A stretch of 64,000 nucleotides of DNA from positions 5,056,001 to 5,120,000 of the forward strand of contig OY760175.1 of the NCBI GenBank assembly GCA_963663165.1. The letters are read 5' to 3'. Source of the DNA: an uncultured Desulfospira sp. (GTDB taxonomy: Bacteria > Desulfobacterota > Desulfobacteria > Desulfobacterales > Desulfobacteraceae). Below, piece by piece: positions 38,468-47,988 of this stretch. How positions within the stretch are numbered: position 1 is the stretch's first letter; the number at the start of each line of letters is the position of its first letter. The translations under genes were made by a program, and so were the position numbers. The notes under the pieces were generated by a model that did no database searches, was not told the DNA's origin, and saw only the letters and a program-made list of their open reading frames with translations.

Positions 38468-38625
38468 TTCCCGGCACGTCTTCTGACTTTTCGGCTTTGA
38501 ATCCGTTTTTTGCCTTCCCGAAAATTCAGTGGCATTGAAAAAAACGGATATTTCCGATTACAGCGGCGGGACCGTCAGGGAATGTCACCCTGTTCCGTTT
38601 GCCTGGGAACCCCGCAAATTTTAAT
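38468..38625 (-). ncRNA. Cobalamin riboswitch
   Basis: Minus strand GGAACAGGGTGACATTCCCTGACGGTCCCGCCGCTGTAA...GCCACTG...GGGAAGG...B12 box AGTCAGAAGACGTGCC. Confidence 0.9.
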
Positions 38626-38945
38626 CCGGACATTTGCAGCATATCCGGCAGGAAATTTTATACCGGTAACCAAACGGCAAAGTCAAGGGTTGAAAATACT
38701 ATGGGCGGATTTTGCCGGCGTATTGACAGTCTCTCCCCAGGCACGTAACATTATCACCACATTTGAAAATAGTTCTGTTACCATCTCAAGACCCTGACAG
38801 ATGCCGCCAACAGCGAAATCAGAATACCGGCGGCCATCATTTCCATTAAATCGGCCCTCCCAAGGAATCTGCCAACCCTGGATAGTTCACGATATTTTGT
38901 TGTCCTGAATGCCATCAGACATCCGGGATAACGGTAAGGGGGAAT

Positions 38946-40667
38946 ATGAATATTAAACGGCAAAAAAGAGATAACCCGCGGGACCGTTTAACCGTATTCG
39001 TTATCATTCTGGGGATCATCACCGGCTGCTTTATCGGCGTTCTGTTTATCTTCCCATTATTCACGCCGTCTTCCAAACCGGAGAAGCCTTATCACAAAAT
39101 CTATGAAGTAACCAGAGCCTTCCCAAAGAACCCTGAATCCATACCGCTTCCCCAATCCCTTCAAATTTCCCAAGTCATTGAGTTGAGACAGCTGCTGGAA
39201 AATGAACAATTTTTTCGCTTAAACAAGGTGTTGGATGAATACCAGCAGATCTTTGAACAAGACCAGACCGATGAATACAAACTCTATGATGCTTATCAGA
39301 TATTTGGCTGCGCCCTTGCTTCATATGAAGGGTTAATCAATAACTGGATCGCCGCCACCCCGGATCAATATCAGCCTTACCTTGCCATGGCGCACTATTA
39401 TTTTGAACAAGGATGGCTGAACCGGGGAACCAAATGGGCAAAAGATACATCCCGGGAACAATTTAAGAGCATGGGCCGGTGTTTTGAAAAATCTGAGGCC
39501 AACCTTAAAACCGCATTGAAGATGAAGTCCGATTTACCGGGTGCCTATAACCTTTTGATGGGAATTTACAAGGCAGACGGAAAGAGGAGATTCAAAAATC
39601 CCTGGGTCGAGGGGGTTACCGGAATGTTTCCCAACTCACCAAAAATTCAGGCGTTTATTTTCAATATCCTGGCCAAGATTTTCAAGGCAGACCTTTCTGA
39701 AAAAGAAGATCCCATGGAAAAGTTGATTGACGAGACATCCCGCAGGTTCCCGCACTCTTTTCTTTTAAAAGCAAGTGTGTTGTGGTCAAAAGAACCCCGG
39801 TGGGGCGGCAGTTATGAGCAAATGGAAACATTTGCAAAACAGGCGGAAAAAATGACGGATAAGAATCCCAAATTTTTCACGCTTTACGGATTGATTTATT
39901 ATGACCAGGCCAGAGGCTTCAGATCCCGCGACGATTATGATACGGCTTTGAATTTATTGGAGAAAGCACTTAAGTTCGGGGATCATTGGGCCGTTTACAA
40001 TGAACGGGCAAAGATTTATCATTATGATCTGAAGTTATTTGACAAGGCCCTTGAGGATGCCGTCAAAAGTGCCAGGTTAAGGCCGCCCATTTATGAAACC
40101 CGCCTGATGTTGTCAAGAATACCCTATGCAAAGGGCGACTATCCCCACTCCCTTGATGACCTGGAAAAAGCCGAACGGCTCAACCCTGGAAATCCGGAAA
40201 TCCAATCCTGGAGAGAATGGGCTTCTAACCATATGATGAATAACGGCCACCGTTTATTCAAAGTGGATCTCCAAGGGGCCATTGAAAAATATAATATCTG
40301 CCTTGAATTCAACGGCCATAATTTCCAGGCATTTTATTGGAGAGGCTAGGCGTTTAAGCAGCTAAAAAAATTTAAAGAGGCCTTATGGGACTTTCAAGCC
40401 GCCATAAATATCAATCCCCGGCATTTTGAGTCCTATCGCGCCATTGATTATCTTTATGCCCGAAACCATCAGTGGGACGAAATTATCGGTTATTGGAATC
40501 AATTTATTGCACTGGTGCCAGACCATGCCGATGCTTACTTTGAAAGGTCAGGGACCTATTACCACAATAACGATATGGCCAATGCAAAAAAAGACTTAGA
40601 AAAGGCGTGTGACCTGGGAAACAAGAACGCGTGTAAACAATATGCCAAAGTAAAAAATTTGGATTAG
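38946..40667 (+). CDS. Membrane-anchored DUF4034-like/TPR protein with an in-frame TAG at 40347-40349 (pseudogene or readthrough)
   Basis: N-terminal TM helix, PRWGGSYEQM motif, TPR repeats; frame stays open for 105 TPR-like codons after the TAG. Confidence 0.7.
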
Positions 40668-40675
40668 TGTTTGAA

Positions 40676-40718
40676 CGGCTAAAGGCTAACAGCTAATGGC
40701 TAAACGCTAACGGCTAAC
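40676..40718. repeat. Heptamer tandem repeat (GCTAANN)n
   Basis: GGCTAAAGGCTAACAGCTAATGGCTAAACGCTAACGGCTAAC; similar tracts at 62603-62672. Confidence 0.75.
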
Positions 40719-40814
40719 AAAAAGACAACGGCGTTACTAAAATAAATTATAGTAACGCCGCAAGGGTGAGGGTGGTGGTGTTTTTGGGTATATATGGGTG
40801 GTTCTGTGGCGGGC

Positions 40815-41894
40815 TTATGCGTTTTCCTTCATACGGGTGCCGTTTGGGCAGTCTTGTTCTGAACAGACCTTGATCAGACCCGGCATGACCCTGTTCCGGC
40901 CGTTAAGTTTGGCCTTGTACAGCATGGCATCGGCATCCTGGACAAAGGAGGTCATGTCGTGTTCCGACAAAAGACCGGACACCCCGAAGCTTGAGGTGAC
41001 GTTAATTCGTCTGTTTTCATAGGTCAGGGGCAGCCTGGAAATTTTTTCCCGGAGACGGTCTGCCAGCTCTATGGCTTTTGTTTTGTCGGTTTCCGGCAAA
41101 ATGGCGATAAATTCTTCGCCGCCGTACCGGCATAAAATATCGCCCTGCCGCATGCTTTCCCGGACCAGGGCGGAAACTTCCCTTAAAACCATGTCCCCGG
41201 CCAGGTGGCCATAGGTGTCGTTGACCTTTTTAAAGTGGTCCAGATCAAACATGATCAAAGACAGTTCATACTGGTGTCTTTTAGCATTGGATATATGCCG
41301 GTTTAACTGGCTTTCAAACTCCCGGCGGTTGTAACACTGGGTTAACGGGTCCAGGGTGGCGGCGTTTTTTAAGTTTTCAATTCTCACCTGCTTGGACAGG
41401 GCGGCGGCACATCCCTGGAGCATGAGGTTCACCACCTCATCGTGAAAGGGATATAATCTGTGTTCCGGCAGCATATAGAGCCTGGCCTGGAAATCTTCTT
41501 CATCTATTTCATAATATTCAAGATGGTCTATGCTGAATTTTTCCTGAATTTCATGGGGAGCAAATTCATGGTTGATAAAGGTCAGGTTCTTGGGGTGAGG
41601 CAGGTTAAAATCCTGGGCAATCACCCCTTCAATGGATTTTTTATACATTCTCGGGTCAAGCCAGACCTCTACCCGGCCGTCTTTTTTTACGGCAAAGGCA
41701 AACAGCCTGTACCCAAGGATATCTTTGAGGCATGCGGACAGTTCATTGATAATGTCAAGGGCGGAATTCTTTTTGCTCAAGGCCACAATATGACGGCTTA
41801 ATTTGGCATGATCCGCCTGCCGGATGGCTGATCCGAAAATCAATGTGACCAAAGCGGCGGCTTTTTTGGATACTCTTTCAAATGTCTGGTTCAT
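40815..41894 (-). CDS. Diguanylate cyclase (GGDEF domain)
   Basis: DPLTQCYNRR, DLDHFKKVNDTYGH, RYGGEEF, I-site RQGD. Confidence 0.93.
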   Translation of the reverse strand: MNQTFERVSKKAAALVTLIFGSAIRQADHAKLSRHIVALSKKNSALDIINELSACLKDILGYRLFAFAVKKDGRVEVWLDPRMYKKSIEGVIAQDFNLPHPKNLTFINHEFAPHEIQEKFSIDHLEYYEIDEEDFQARLYMLPEHRLYPFHDEVVNLMLQGCAAALSKQVRIENLKNAATLDPLTQCYNRREFESQLNRHISNAKRHQYELSLIMFDLDHFKKVNDTYGHLAGDMVLREVSALVRESMRQGDILCRYGGEEFIAILPETDKTKAIELADRLREKISRLPLTYENRRINVTSSFGVSGLLSEHDMTSFVQDADAMLYKAKLNGRNRVMPGLIKVCSEQDCPNGTRMKENA

Positions 41895-41950
41895 GGCGGT
41901 TCCCCTTTACCCGGTACCCCGGGTTTATCTAATACTTAAGCATTAAATTA

Positions 41951-41966
41951 TGCAATCGGTATGCCA
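41951..41966 (-). promoter_or_regulatory. sigma54 promoter of the diguanylate cyclase
   Basis: Minus strand TGGCATACCGATTGCA. Confidence 0.75.
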
Positions 41967-42132
41967 TCGGACGAGAGATTGATCATTATTGTTTAATATT
42001 AAGCGGTTATATAAAAATTTCACTAATACGGCCCGTTTCAGTGGGAAAATAATGCCGGGCATTTATGGGCCTTTAGCCAATCTTTTGACGGTCCGGCCAA
42101 AGATATGCCTGCACCATGACATATCCTGAAGA

Positions 42133-42714
42133 TTATAAATCCCCCTTAAGTCCGATTTCTTCAGCCACCGGCTGCATGCCCCGTATGACCTCGGTGAACA
42201 GATCGGACAGTTCCATTTCCAGCATCTGTGCCCCTTTTTTGATGACCTCCCGGTCAACCCCTGCGGCAAAGGCTTTGGACTTGAATTTCTTTTTTATCGA
42301 TTTGGCCGTAATGTCCAGAACGCTTTTGGAGGGCCTCATCAGGGCCGCACTGGCCACAAGGCCGGTCAGTTCGTCAACGGCGTATAGGGTTTTTTCCAGC
42401 CGGGTTTCAGGTTCGGTATCCGAGCAGATGCCCCAGCCGTGGCTGATGACGGCCCGGATATATGCCGCCGGCCAGTGATGGGCCTCAAACAGTTCCACAC
42501 ATTTTTTGCAGTGTTCTTCCGGGTACATTTCATAGTCAAGGTCATGAACAAGCCCGATGATCCGCCACATTTCAGGGTCTTCTCCAAACTTTCCAGCAAA
42601 ATGGCCCATCACGGACTCCACGGCCAGGGCATGCCGGATCAGGCTGTCCTTTTTATTGTATTTTTTTAGAAGTTCTAAGGCATCTTCCCGGGTTGGTATA
42701 TAGGCTTCAGTCAT
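42133..42714 (-). CDS. HD/HDIG-domain hydrolase
   Basis: HALAVE, GLVHDLDYE, DELTGL, RPSKS, FAAGVDRE. Confidence 0.88.
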   Translation of the reverse strand: MTEAYIPTREDALELLKKYNKKDSLIRHALAVESVMGHFAGKFGEDPEMWRIIGLVHDLDYEMYPEEHCKKCVELFEAHHWPAAYIRAVISHGWGICSDTEPETRLEKTLYAVDELTGLVASAALMRPSKSVLDITAKSIKKKFKSKAFAAGVDREVIKKGAQMLEMELSDLFTEVIRGMQPVAEEIGLKGDL

Positions 42715-42859
42715 TAATTCTCCTTAAATTTTAGCTGGTTGCGTATTATCCTGTGTGAAGAATCGGTAAACCGGTAAAAATCGTAACTCTGGTTTCTGTA
42801 ACCTGCAAATATTGAAACTTTCCGGCCCGGCTGTTTAATCTCTGATTAGGCCGGCCCGG

Positions 42860-43780
42860 TTATTCTTCCCACCCATCCACCACAATAATGACCCGGCATT
42901 CTTTGAAAAACTGGTGCCTTTCCTGAAGCTTTTCAAGTTTTTTGGCATCTTTCATGCCGATCATGATGGAAGAGTCGTTTTTTCCCGATTTTCTCAACCC
43001 TTTCAGGATAATGGGGCGGGGGCCGGTCCGTTTGTGTCCTTTGGCCTTTTCAATGTCACACAGATACAGGCATGCCCCGTATTGAACGGCGAATTCGCGG
43101 CTGATAAACAAAGAGGAGTAAACTTTCCGGCCCTGCTCACTGACAATGACCGGGTACAGGACCGGGGCAACTTTAAGCCCCCTGGCATCCAGGATCAGTC
43201 CGGTATAGGGAAATTCTCCGAGGCCTTTGCCGGTTTGTTCGGTTTTTTCCGGATTGATTTCAGAAATCTGCCGGATTTCATCGGGAAGCGTCAGCTGAAG
43301 GAAACCCCCGTATATGCTGGTTTCAATCTCAATCTCTATATCAAGGGCAGAGGTATAGGTCTGGCGGACAATAAGGGCATCCCCGGCGGTTTTTTCAATT
43401 CCGGCAAGGATGACATCATTGTTGGATGCGTACTCTCCCACAGTCAGTCCGTTGTAAATTTTTACCTGTTTTAAGATTTCAATGATATGGCCGTTGGCAT
43501 TGGCCCGTGCCGATCCGGGCACGGATTCTATTTCAGATTCGGTGTTTTCCTTTGGGGCAGCCTTGCCTGTGGCGGTTATTTTCCCGTTACTCCAGTTGAT
43601 TTTTCCATTGTCAAACCGGGTGACACAGTCGGCATGGGCCATGGGCGGCAGGATGCAGGATAGAAGGGAAAGGCAAAAAAATCCGCCCCATAAAATAACA
43701 GGAAAGGTTCCCAAAGACAGGGTCCTGATGGCCGTTTTACACCATTTAACCGGGGTTGTATGGTTGAATAAAAATGTCAT
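42860..43780 (-). CDS. Exported hypothetical protein (LPP20-like family possible)
   Basis: Signal-like N-terminus; GKINWSNG, YTGLILDARGL..P..YP motifs. Confidence 0.6.
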   Translation of the reverse strand: MTFLFNHTTPVKWCKTAIRTLSLGTFPVILWGGFFCLSLLSCILPPMAHADCVTRFDNGKINWSNGKITATGKAAPKENTESEIESVPGSARANANGHIIEILKQVKIYNGLTVGEYASNNDVILAGIEKTAGDALIVRQTYTSALDIEIEIETSIYGGFLQLTLPDEIRQISEINPEKTEQTGKGLGEFPYTGLILDARGLKVAPVLYPVIVSEQGRKVYSSLFISREFAVQYGACLYLCDIEKAKGHKRTGPRPIILKGLRKSGKNDSSIMIGMKDAKKLEKLQERHQFFKECRVIIVVDGWEE

Positions 43781-43807
43781 GCTTTGGGTGACACATTTTT
43801 TTTAAGG

Positions 43808-44551
43808 TTAACGCAATTCCAGGGATTTTACCGACCCTGCCACCATTTTTCCAAGTGCCTGAAGCTCCTTTTCGGAAAAAAACCGGTTGTCATCTGTTAA
43901 AAATTGGGGATTCAGGACATCCACATTCCTTGAGCAGTTTTGAAGCACATACCGGTCAGCGCCCTGAATCATTTTCCCCATATCCTTTATAATATCTGTG
44001 GTGATAAAGGGACGGGCACATGTGGTCCGGAACTCGTAAGCCGGGCTTTTTTCCATGATCAGCCGGATGCTTTGGGGTATCCTGCTTTTGATATCCATTT
44101 GCCCTTTTACCAAACCGGGGTAATGCTCAAGGCTGGTCTTGATATCCATGGCGGTGTAGTCAATCAGTCCTTTGTCAAAAAGGCTTGCCAGTATCCCGGG
44201 CCTGGACCCGTTGCTGTCCAGCTTGATTTTGAACCCTAAAGCCCTGACTTTTTCAATGAAGGCTTCAAGGTCTTTTTGAAGGGTGGGTTCGCCCCCGGTA
44301 ATCACCATGCCTTGAAGCAATCCCTTTCTTTTCTCAAGAAATGAAAAAATATCCCGCTCATCTATTGGTTGAATTTTTCCTGTTGGTTGTCCTGGGCCGG
44401 AATCGCCGCGATCCCTTTCGACAGGGTCTGCGGCAAGTTCCGGATTATGGCAGTAGGGGCATTTAAAATTGCAGCCTATGGTAAATACCACACATGCCAG
44501 GGTTCCAGGGAAGTCAATCAGGGAATTCTTTTGGAACCCGCCGATGTCCAT
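43808..44551 (-). CDS. nrdG: Anaerobic ribonucleotide reductase activating enzyme
   Basis: SLIDFPG, GCNFKCPYCHN, ITGGEPTLQ; follows nrdD. Confidence 0.92.
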   Translation of the reverse strand: MDIGGFQKNSLIDFPGTLACVVFTIGCNFKCPYCHNPELAADPVERDRGDSGPGQPTGKIQPIDERDIFSFLEKRKGLLQGMVITGGEPTLQKDLEAFIEKVRALGFKIKLDSNGSRPGILASLFDKGLIDYTAMDIKTSLEHYPGLVKGQMDIKSRIPQSIRLIMEKSPAYEFRTTCARPFITTDIIKDMGKMIQGADRYVLQNCSRNVDVLNPQFLTDDNRFFSEKELQALGKMVAGSVKSLELR

Positions 44552-44556
44552 GGCGG

Positions 44557-46662
44557 TTACGCCACCGTATACGCCTTGACCTTATAGGTCTTGCGCATGG
44601 AAAATTCGGTCTGCTTGCCGTTGTTCCACTGCCCTACCGGCCTTAAGTATCCCACCACCCTGGAGTAAATCTCCGTGTCGGCATGGCAGGTGTCGCATTT
44701 TGCATGTTCCCCGGCAATGTAACCGTGGGAGGGGCAGACGCTGAAGGTGGGGGTCAGGGTAAAGTAAGGCAGCCGGAAGGTGCTGGATACCTGGTTGACC
44801 AGGTTTTTAACCACCTCGGTGTCCCGGACCTCTTCGCCTAAAAAGAGGTGCTGGACCGTTCCGCCGGTATATTTGGTCTGGAGGGTGTCCTGAAGTTCCA
44901 GGGCCTCAAAGATATCATCGGTATAGTTGACCGGCAGGTGGGTGGAGTTGGTGTAAAACGGATCGCAACCGGTTTTATATTCGTCTTCATTGGCGCAGAT
45001 AATGTCGTGAAATTTTTTCTTGTCCAGGTTGGCAAACCGGTAGGTCGTGCCTTCAGCCGGCGTGGCTTCAAGATTGAAGATCTCATCGGTTTCTTCCTGG
45101 AGTTTTTCAATCCGGCTTCTGATATGGTCCATGACCTTTACGGCAAAGGCCTGGCCTTCATCCTGGGCAATGCCCTGGCCGAGAAAGTTGAGGCAGGCCT
45201 CGTTCATCCCGAGCACCCCGATGGTGGAAAAATGGTTGCGCCAGTAAACACCGGTGTTTTCCTTAATTTTTCTTAAGTAGAACTTTGAGTAAGGATAAAG
45301 ATCGCCGTCAGTGAATTTTTCAAGGATCTTTCGTTTAATGCTCAAAGAGTCCGCTGAAATCCGGATCAGCTTGTCCAGACGGGCAAAAAACTGGTCCTCA
45401 TTTTCAGACAGATACCCGATCCGGGGCAGGTTCAGGGTTACTACGCCAATGGAGCCGGTAAGGGGATTGGCCCCGAAAAGTCCCCCGCCCCTTTTGCGAA
45501 GTTCCCGGTTGTCCAGCCTTAAGCGGCAGCACATGGATCTGGCATCCTCGGGATCCATATCGGAATTGACAAAGTTTGAAAAATAGGGGATTCCGTATTT
45601 GCCCGTCATTTTCCAGATGTTTTCCAGGTTGGGATTGGACCAGTCAAAATCCTCGGTAATATTGTAGGTGGGAATGGGGAAGGTAAAGACCCGTCCCTTG
45701 GCATCCCCCTCCATCATGACCTCGGCAAAGGCAGCATTGATGATGTCCATCTCGTCCTGGAACTCTTTATAGGTGTGCTCTCTGTACTCTCCGCCAATAA
45801 TGACGGGGGAGTCTTTTAAGGTGGACGGGACATTTAGATCCATGGTGATGTTGGTAAACGGGGTCTGAAACCCCACCCGTGTGGGAATATTGATGTTGAA
45901 AACAAACTCCTGGAGAGCCTGTTTAACTTCTTTGGGGGTGAGCCGGTCTTCCCAGACGAAGGGGGCTAAAAGGGTGTCAAAATTGGACATGGCCTGGGCC
46001 CCGGCCGCCTCTCCCTGGAGGGTATAAAAAAAGTTGACAATCTGGCCCAAGGCGCTTCTGAAATGCTTGGGCGGAGAGGATTCTACCTTGCCGGCCACGC
46101 CCTTGAACCCTTCGAGCAGCAGGTCCTGGAGATCCCAGCCCACACAGTATACGGACAGAAGGCTTAAATCATGGATATGAATATCCCCGGAATAATGGGC
46201 CTGCCTGACTTCGGGCGGATAAATCCGGTTGAGCCAGTACTCGGCGGTGATATCTGAGCTGATATAGTTGTTGAGCCCCTGAAGGGAATAGCTCATGTTG
46301 GAGTTTTCCTTGACCTTCCAGTCCATGCGGCTGATGTAGGATTCCATGAGATCAACATTTTCTTTGATGGCGATTTTACGAATCTGGTTGTGCTGCTCCC
46401 GGTAGATGATGTATGCCTTGGCGGTTTTGTAAAACGGTGAATCCAGCAGGACCCGTTCCACAATATCCTGAATTTCTTCCACCTCGGGAATCGACCCTAA
46501 CTGAAGGTCCCGGGCAAGGGTCAGTACCCTCATGGTCATCCTTTTGGCTTCCCGGCCATTGAATTCTCCTGTGGCCTCCCCGGCTTTCTGCATGGCATTG
46601 GTAATTTTTGAAGAATCAAATTCGGCAATCCGCCCATCTCTTTTTTTAATCTGCTCAAACAT
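44557..46662 (-). CDS. nrdD: Class III ribonucleoside-triphosphate reductase with ATP cone
   Basis: IKKRDG ATP cone, SMCCRL, EATPAE, glycyl-radical YSRVVGYLRP, Zn-finger Cys. Confidence 0.95.
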   Translation of the reverse strand: MFEQIKKRDGRIAEFDSSKITNAMQKAGEATGEFNGREAKRMTMRVLTLARDLQLGSIPEVEEIQDIVERVLLDSPFYKTAKAYIIYREQHNQIRKIAIKENVDLMESYISRMDWKVKENSNMSYSLQGLNNYISSDITAEYWLNRIYPPEVRQAHYSGDIHIHDLSLLSVYCVGWDLQDLLLEGFKGVAGKVESSPPKHFRSALGQIVNFFYTLQGEAAGAQAMSNFDTLLAPFVWEDRLTPKEVKQALQEFVFNINIPTRVGFQTPFTNITMDLNVPSTLKDSPVIIGGEYREHTYKEFQDEMDIINAAFAEVMMEGDAKGRVFTFPIPTYNITEDFDWSNPNLENIWKMTGKYGIPYFSNFVNSDMDPEDARSMCCRLRLDNRELRKRGGGLFGANPLTGSIGVVTLNLPRIGYLSENEDQFFARLDKLIRISADSLSIKRKILEKFTDGDLYPYSKFYLRKIKENTGVYWRNHFSTIGVLGMNEACLNFLGQGIAQDEGQAFAVKVMDHIRSRIEKLQEETDEIFNLEATPAEGTTYRFANLDKKKFHDIICANEDEYKTGCDPFYTNSTHLPVNYTDDIFEALELQDTLQTKYTGGTVQHLFLGEEVRDTEVVKNLVNQVSSTFRLPYFTLTPTFSVCPSHGYIAGEHAKCDTCHADTEIYSRVVGYLRPVGQWNNGKQTEFSMRKTYKVKAYTVA

Positions 46663-46747
46663 CGGTCCACCCCTTGAAATCTTATTGAATTTAGCCTATC
46701 TTTCTTTTCAGAAATTGTGGAAGAAGGCACCTGATAAATCCAGAATT

Positions 46748-46794
46748 AGTCCATATGTTGGTGAATGTCAACCAAAAAAAACTATATATAGTGT
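46748..46794. promoter_or_regulatory. Tandem NrdR boxes
   Basis: AGTCCATATGTTGGTG and AAACTATATATAGTGT, 31 bp apart, upstream of nrdD. Confidence 0.8.
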
Positions 46795-46853
46795 TTTTTT
46801 ATAATCCTAACAATTTAATAGCTAAGTGCTGACAGCTAAAGGCTACACCCCCC

Positions 46854-47090
46854 ATGCAGCTTGACCAGTCCCCCTCATTTAGACGAACCATTGCCCCATG
46901 GTATGATTCCAACACGGCCTGCTGGGCATTAATTGTTTTCATGGTTCCGGTTTTTTTATTTGCCCTGTCGGGAATTGGAACAGCCGCGGTCATGGCGCCG
47001 GACCATATCTGGTTTCCGGGTATTCTGGCTTTTTTATCCTTTTTTTTGATTCTTAAGGTGTATCTTCGGCTCAGACAGAGGTCTGATTAG
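46854..47090 (+). CDS. Small two-TM membrane protein
   Basis: FRRTIAPWYDS followed by two hydrophobic helices. Confidence 0.65.
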   Translation: MQLDQSPSFRRTIAPWYDSNTACWALIVFMVPVFLFALSGIGTAAVMAPDHIWFPGILAFLSFFLILKVYLRLRQRSD

Positions 47091-47147
47091 GGTTGTAGGG
47101 GTTTAGGCTGAAGACTGAAGGGGTTTAGGGCTGCGCATTCCTTCAGC

Positions 47148-47762
47148 CTAATGACCTTTAATTAGAATCTCAAGAAGATGATACAGGATCTTGGCGGTGG
47201 CTCCCCAGACCACCACATCCTCAAACGGGTAGGTCAGATCCATGATGTGGGGGGTGGTCCGGTGGTAGTTCTTTTCTTTGTGCAGGTTTTCAAGATAATC
47301 TAACGGAATGGTGATCACCCTGGAAATTTCCCGGGTGTCAAAGTCGATCCGGTCCTGCTGGTTCCAGAATCCGGCAAAGGCATGGATGCTGGTGTTGTTG
47401 ATGGTCTGGAAATGGCCCAAAGACCCCATGGTGGCCACATTTTTGGGGCGGATGCCCAGTTCTTCCTCCACCTCTCTGAAAGCGGCGGCCAGGGCATTGG
47501 GATCTGCCTTGTCCAGATGCCCCCCGGGGAACGCCATTTGGTTACGCCATGGATATCCCTTACGGTCCGCTTTCTGGATAAACAGCAGTTCCGGGTCCGG
47601 GTCTGCCAGAAAAAGGGCCATGACGCTGGTCTTCCGGTATCCGTTTATCGTGGGCGGTCCGGGATGCTCGGCCTGGTCAAGGGCGGTTTTAATTTCCCGG
47701 GTAAGTGCTTTTTGATCCATTGGTCTTGGTCGAATGTTGAACTTATATTTATAATAACCCAT
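47148..47762 (-). CDS. Nudix hydrolase (CoA pyrophosphatase-like)
   Basis: QMAFPGG..D....AAFREVEEELG, VWGATA. Confidence 0.88.
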   Translation of the reverse strand: MGYYKYKFNIRPRPMDQKALTREIKTALDQAEHPGPPTINGYRKTSVMALFLADPDPELLFIQKADRKGYPWRNQMAFPGGHLDKADPNALAAAFREVEEELGIRPKNVATMGSLGHFQTINNTSIHAFAGFWNQQDRIDFDTREISRVITIPLDYLENLHKEKNYHRTTPHIMDLTYPFEDVVVWGATAKILYHLLEILIKGH

Positions 47763-47876
47763 TAATTTAACTTTAGAACGATACAGGCAAGTCAGCCTGT
47801 TGTCAAACGCTAATAACAGGCCGCCGGTTCTCTTTTTCTTGACTTTATAAGAAGGCTTTTTTATTTTTAGGGCAAC

Positions 47877-47988
47877 CGGGGCCAGAAGGTCTCAAATTGC
47901 TTAAAAACAAAAGAAAGAAAACCCAAATTAAAACTTCAAGCCACGAAGGCTGTATGCAAAGGATGCGTGCGGCCTTTTTTTATTTTTT
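47877..47988 (+). promoter_or_regulatory. Attenuator-like leader: repeated GCCA(C)GAAGG hairpins overlapping an intrinsic terminator
   Basis: AGCCACGAAGGCT overlaps the 5' arm of AGGCTGTATGCA-AAGGA-TGCGTGCGGCCT-T7; TTGACT-17-TATTTT just upstream. Confidence 0.5.

Noticed and set aside
38350..38535. N-terminal extension of the ThiC-like ORF in the track
   Set aside because: Runs through the riboswitch and terminator; family-like sequence begins at MSTQLE (38349) behind a GAGG RBS
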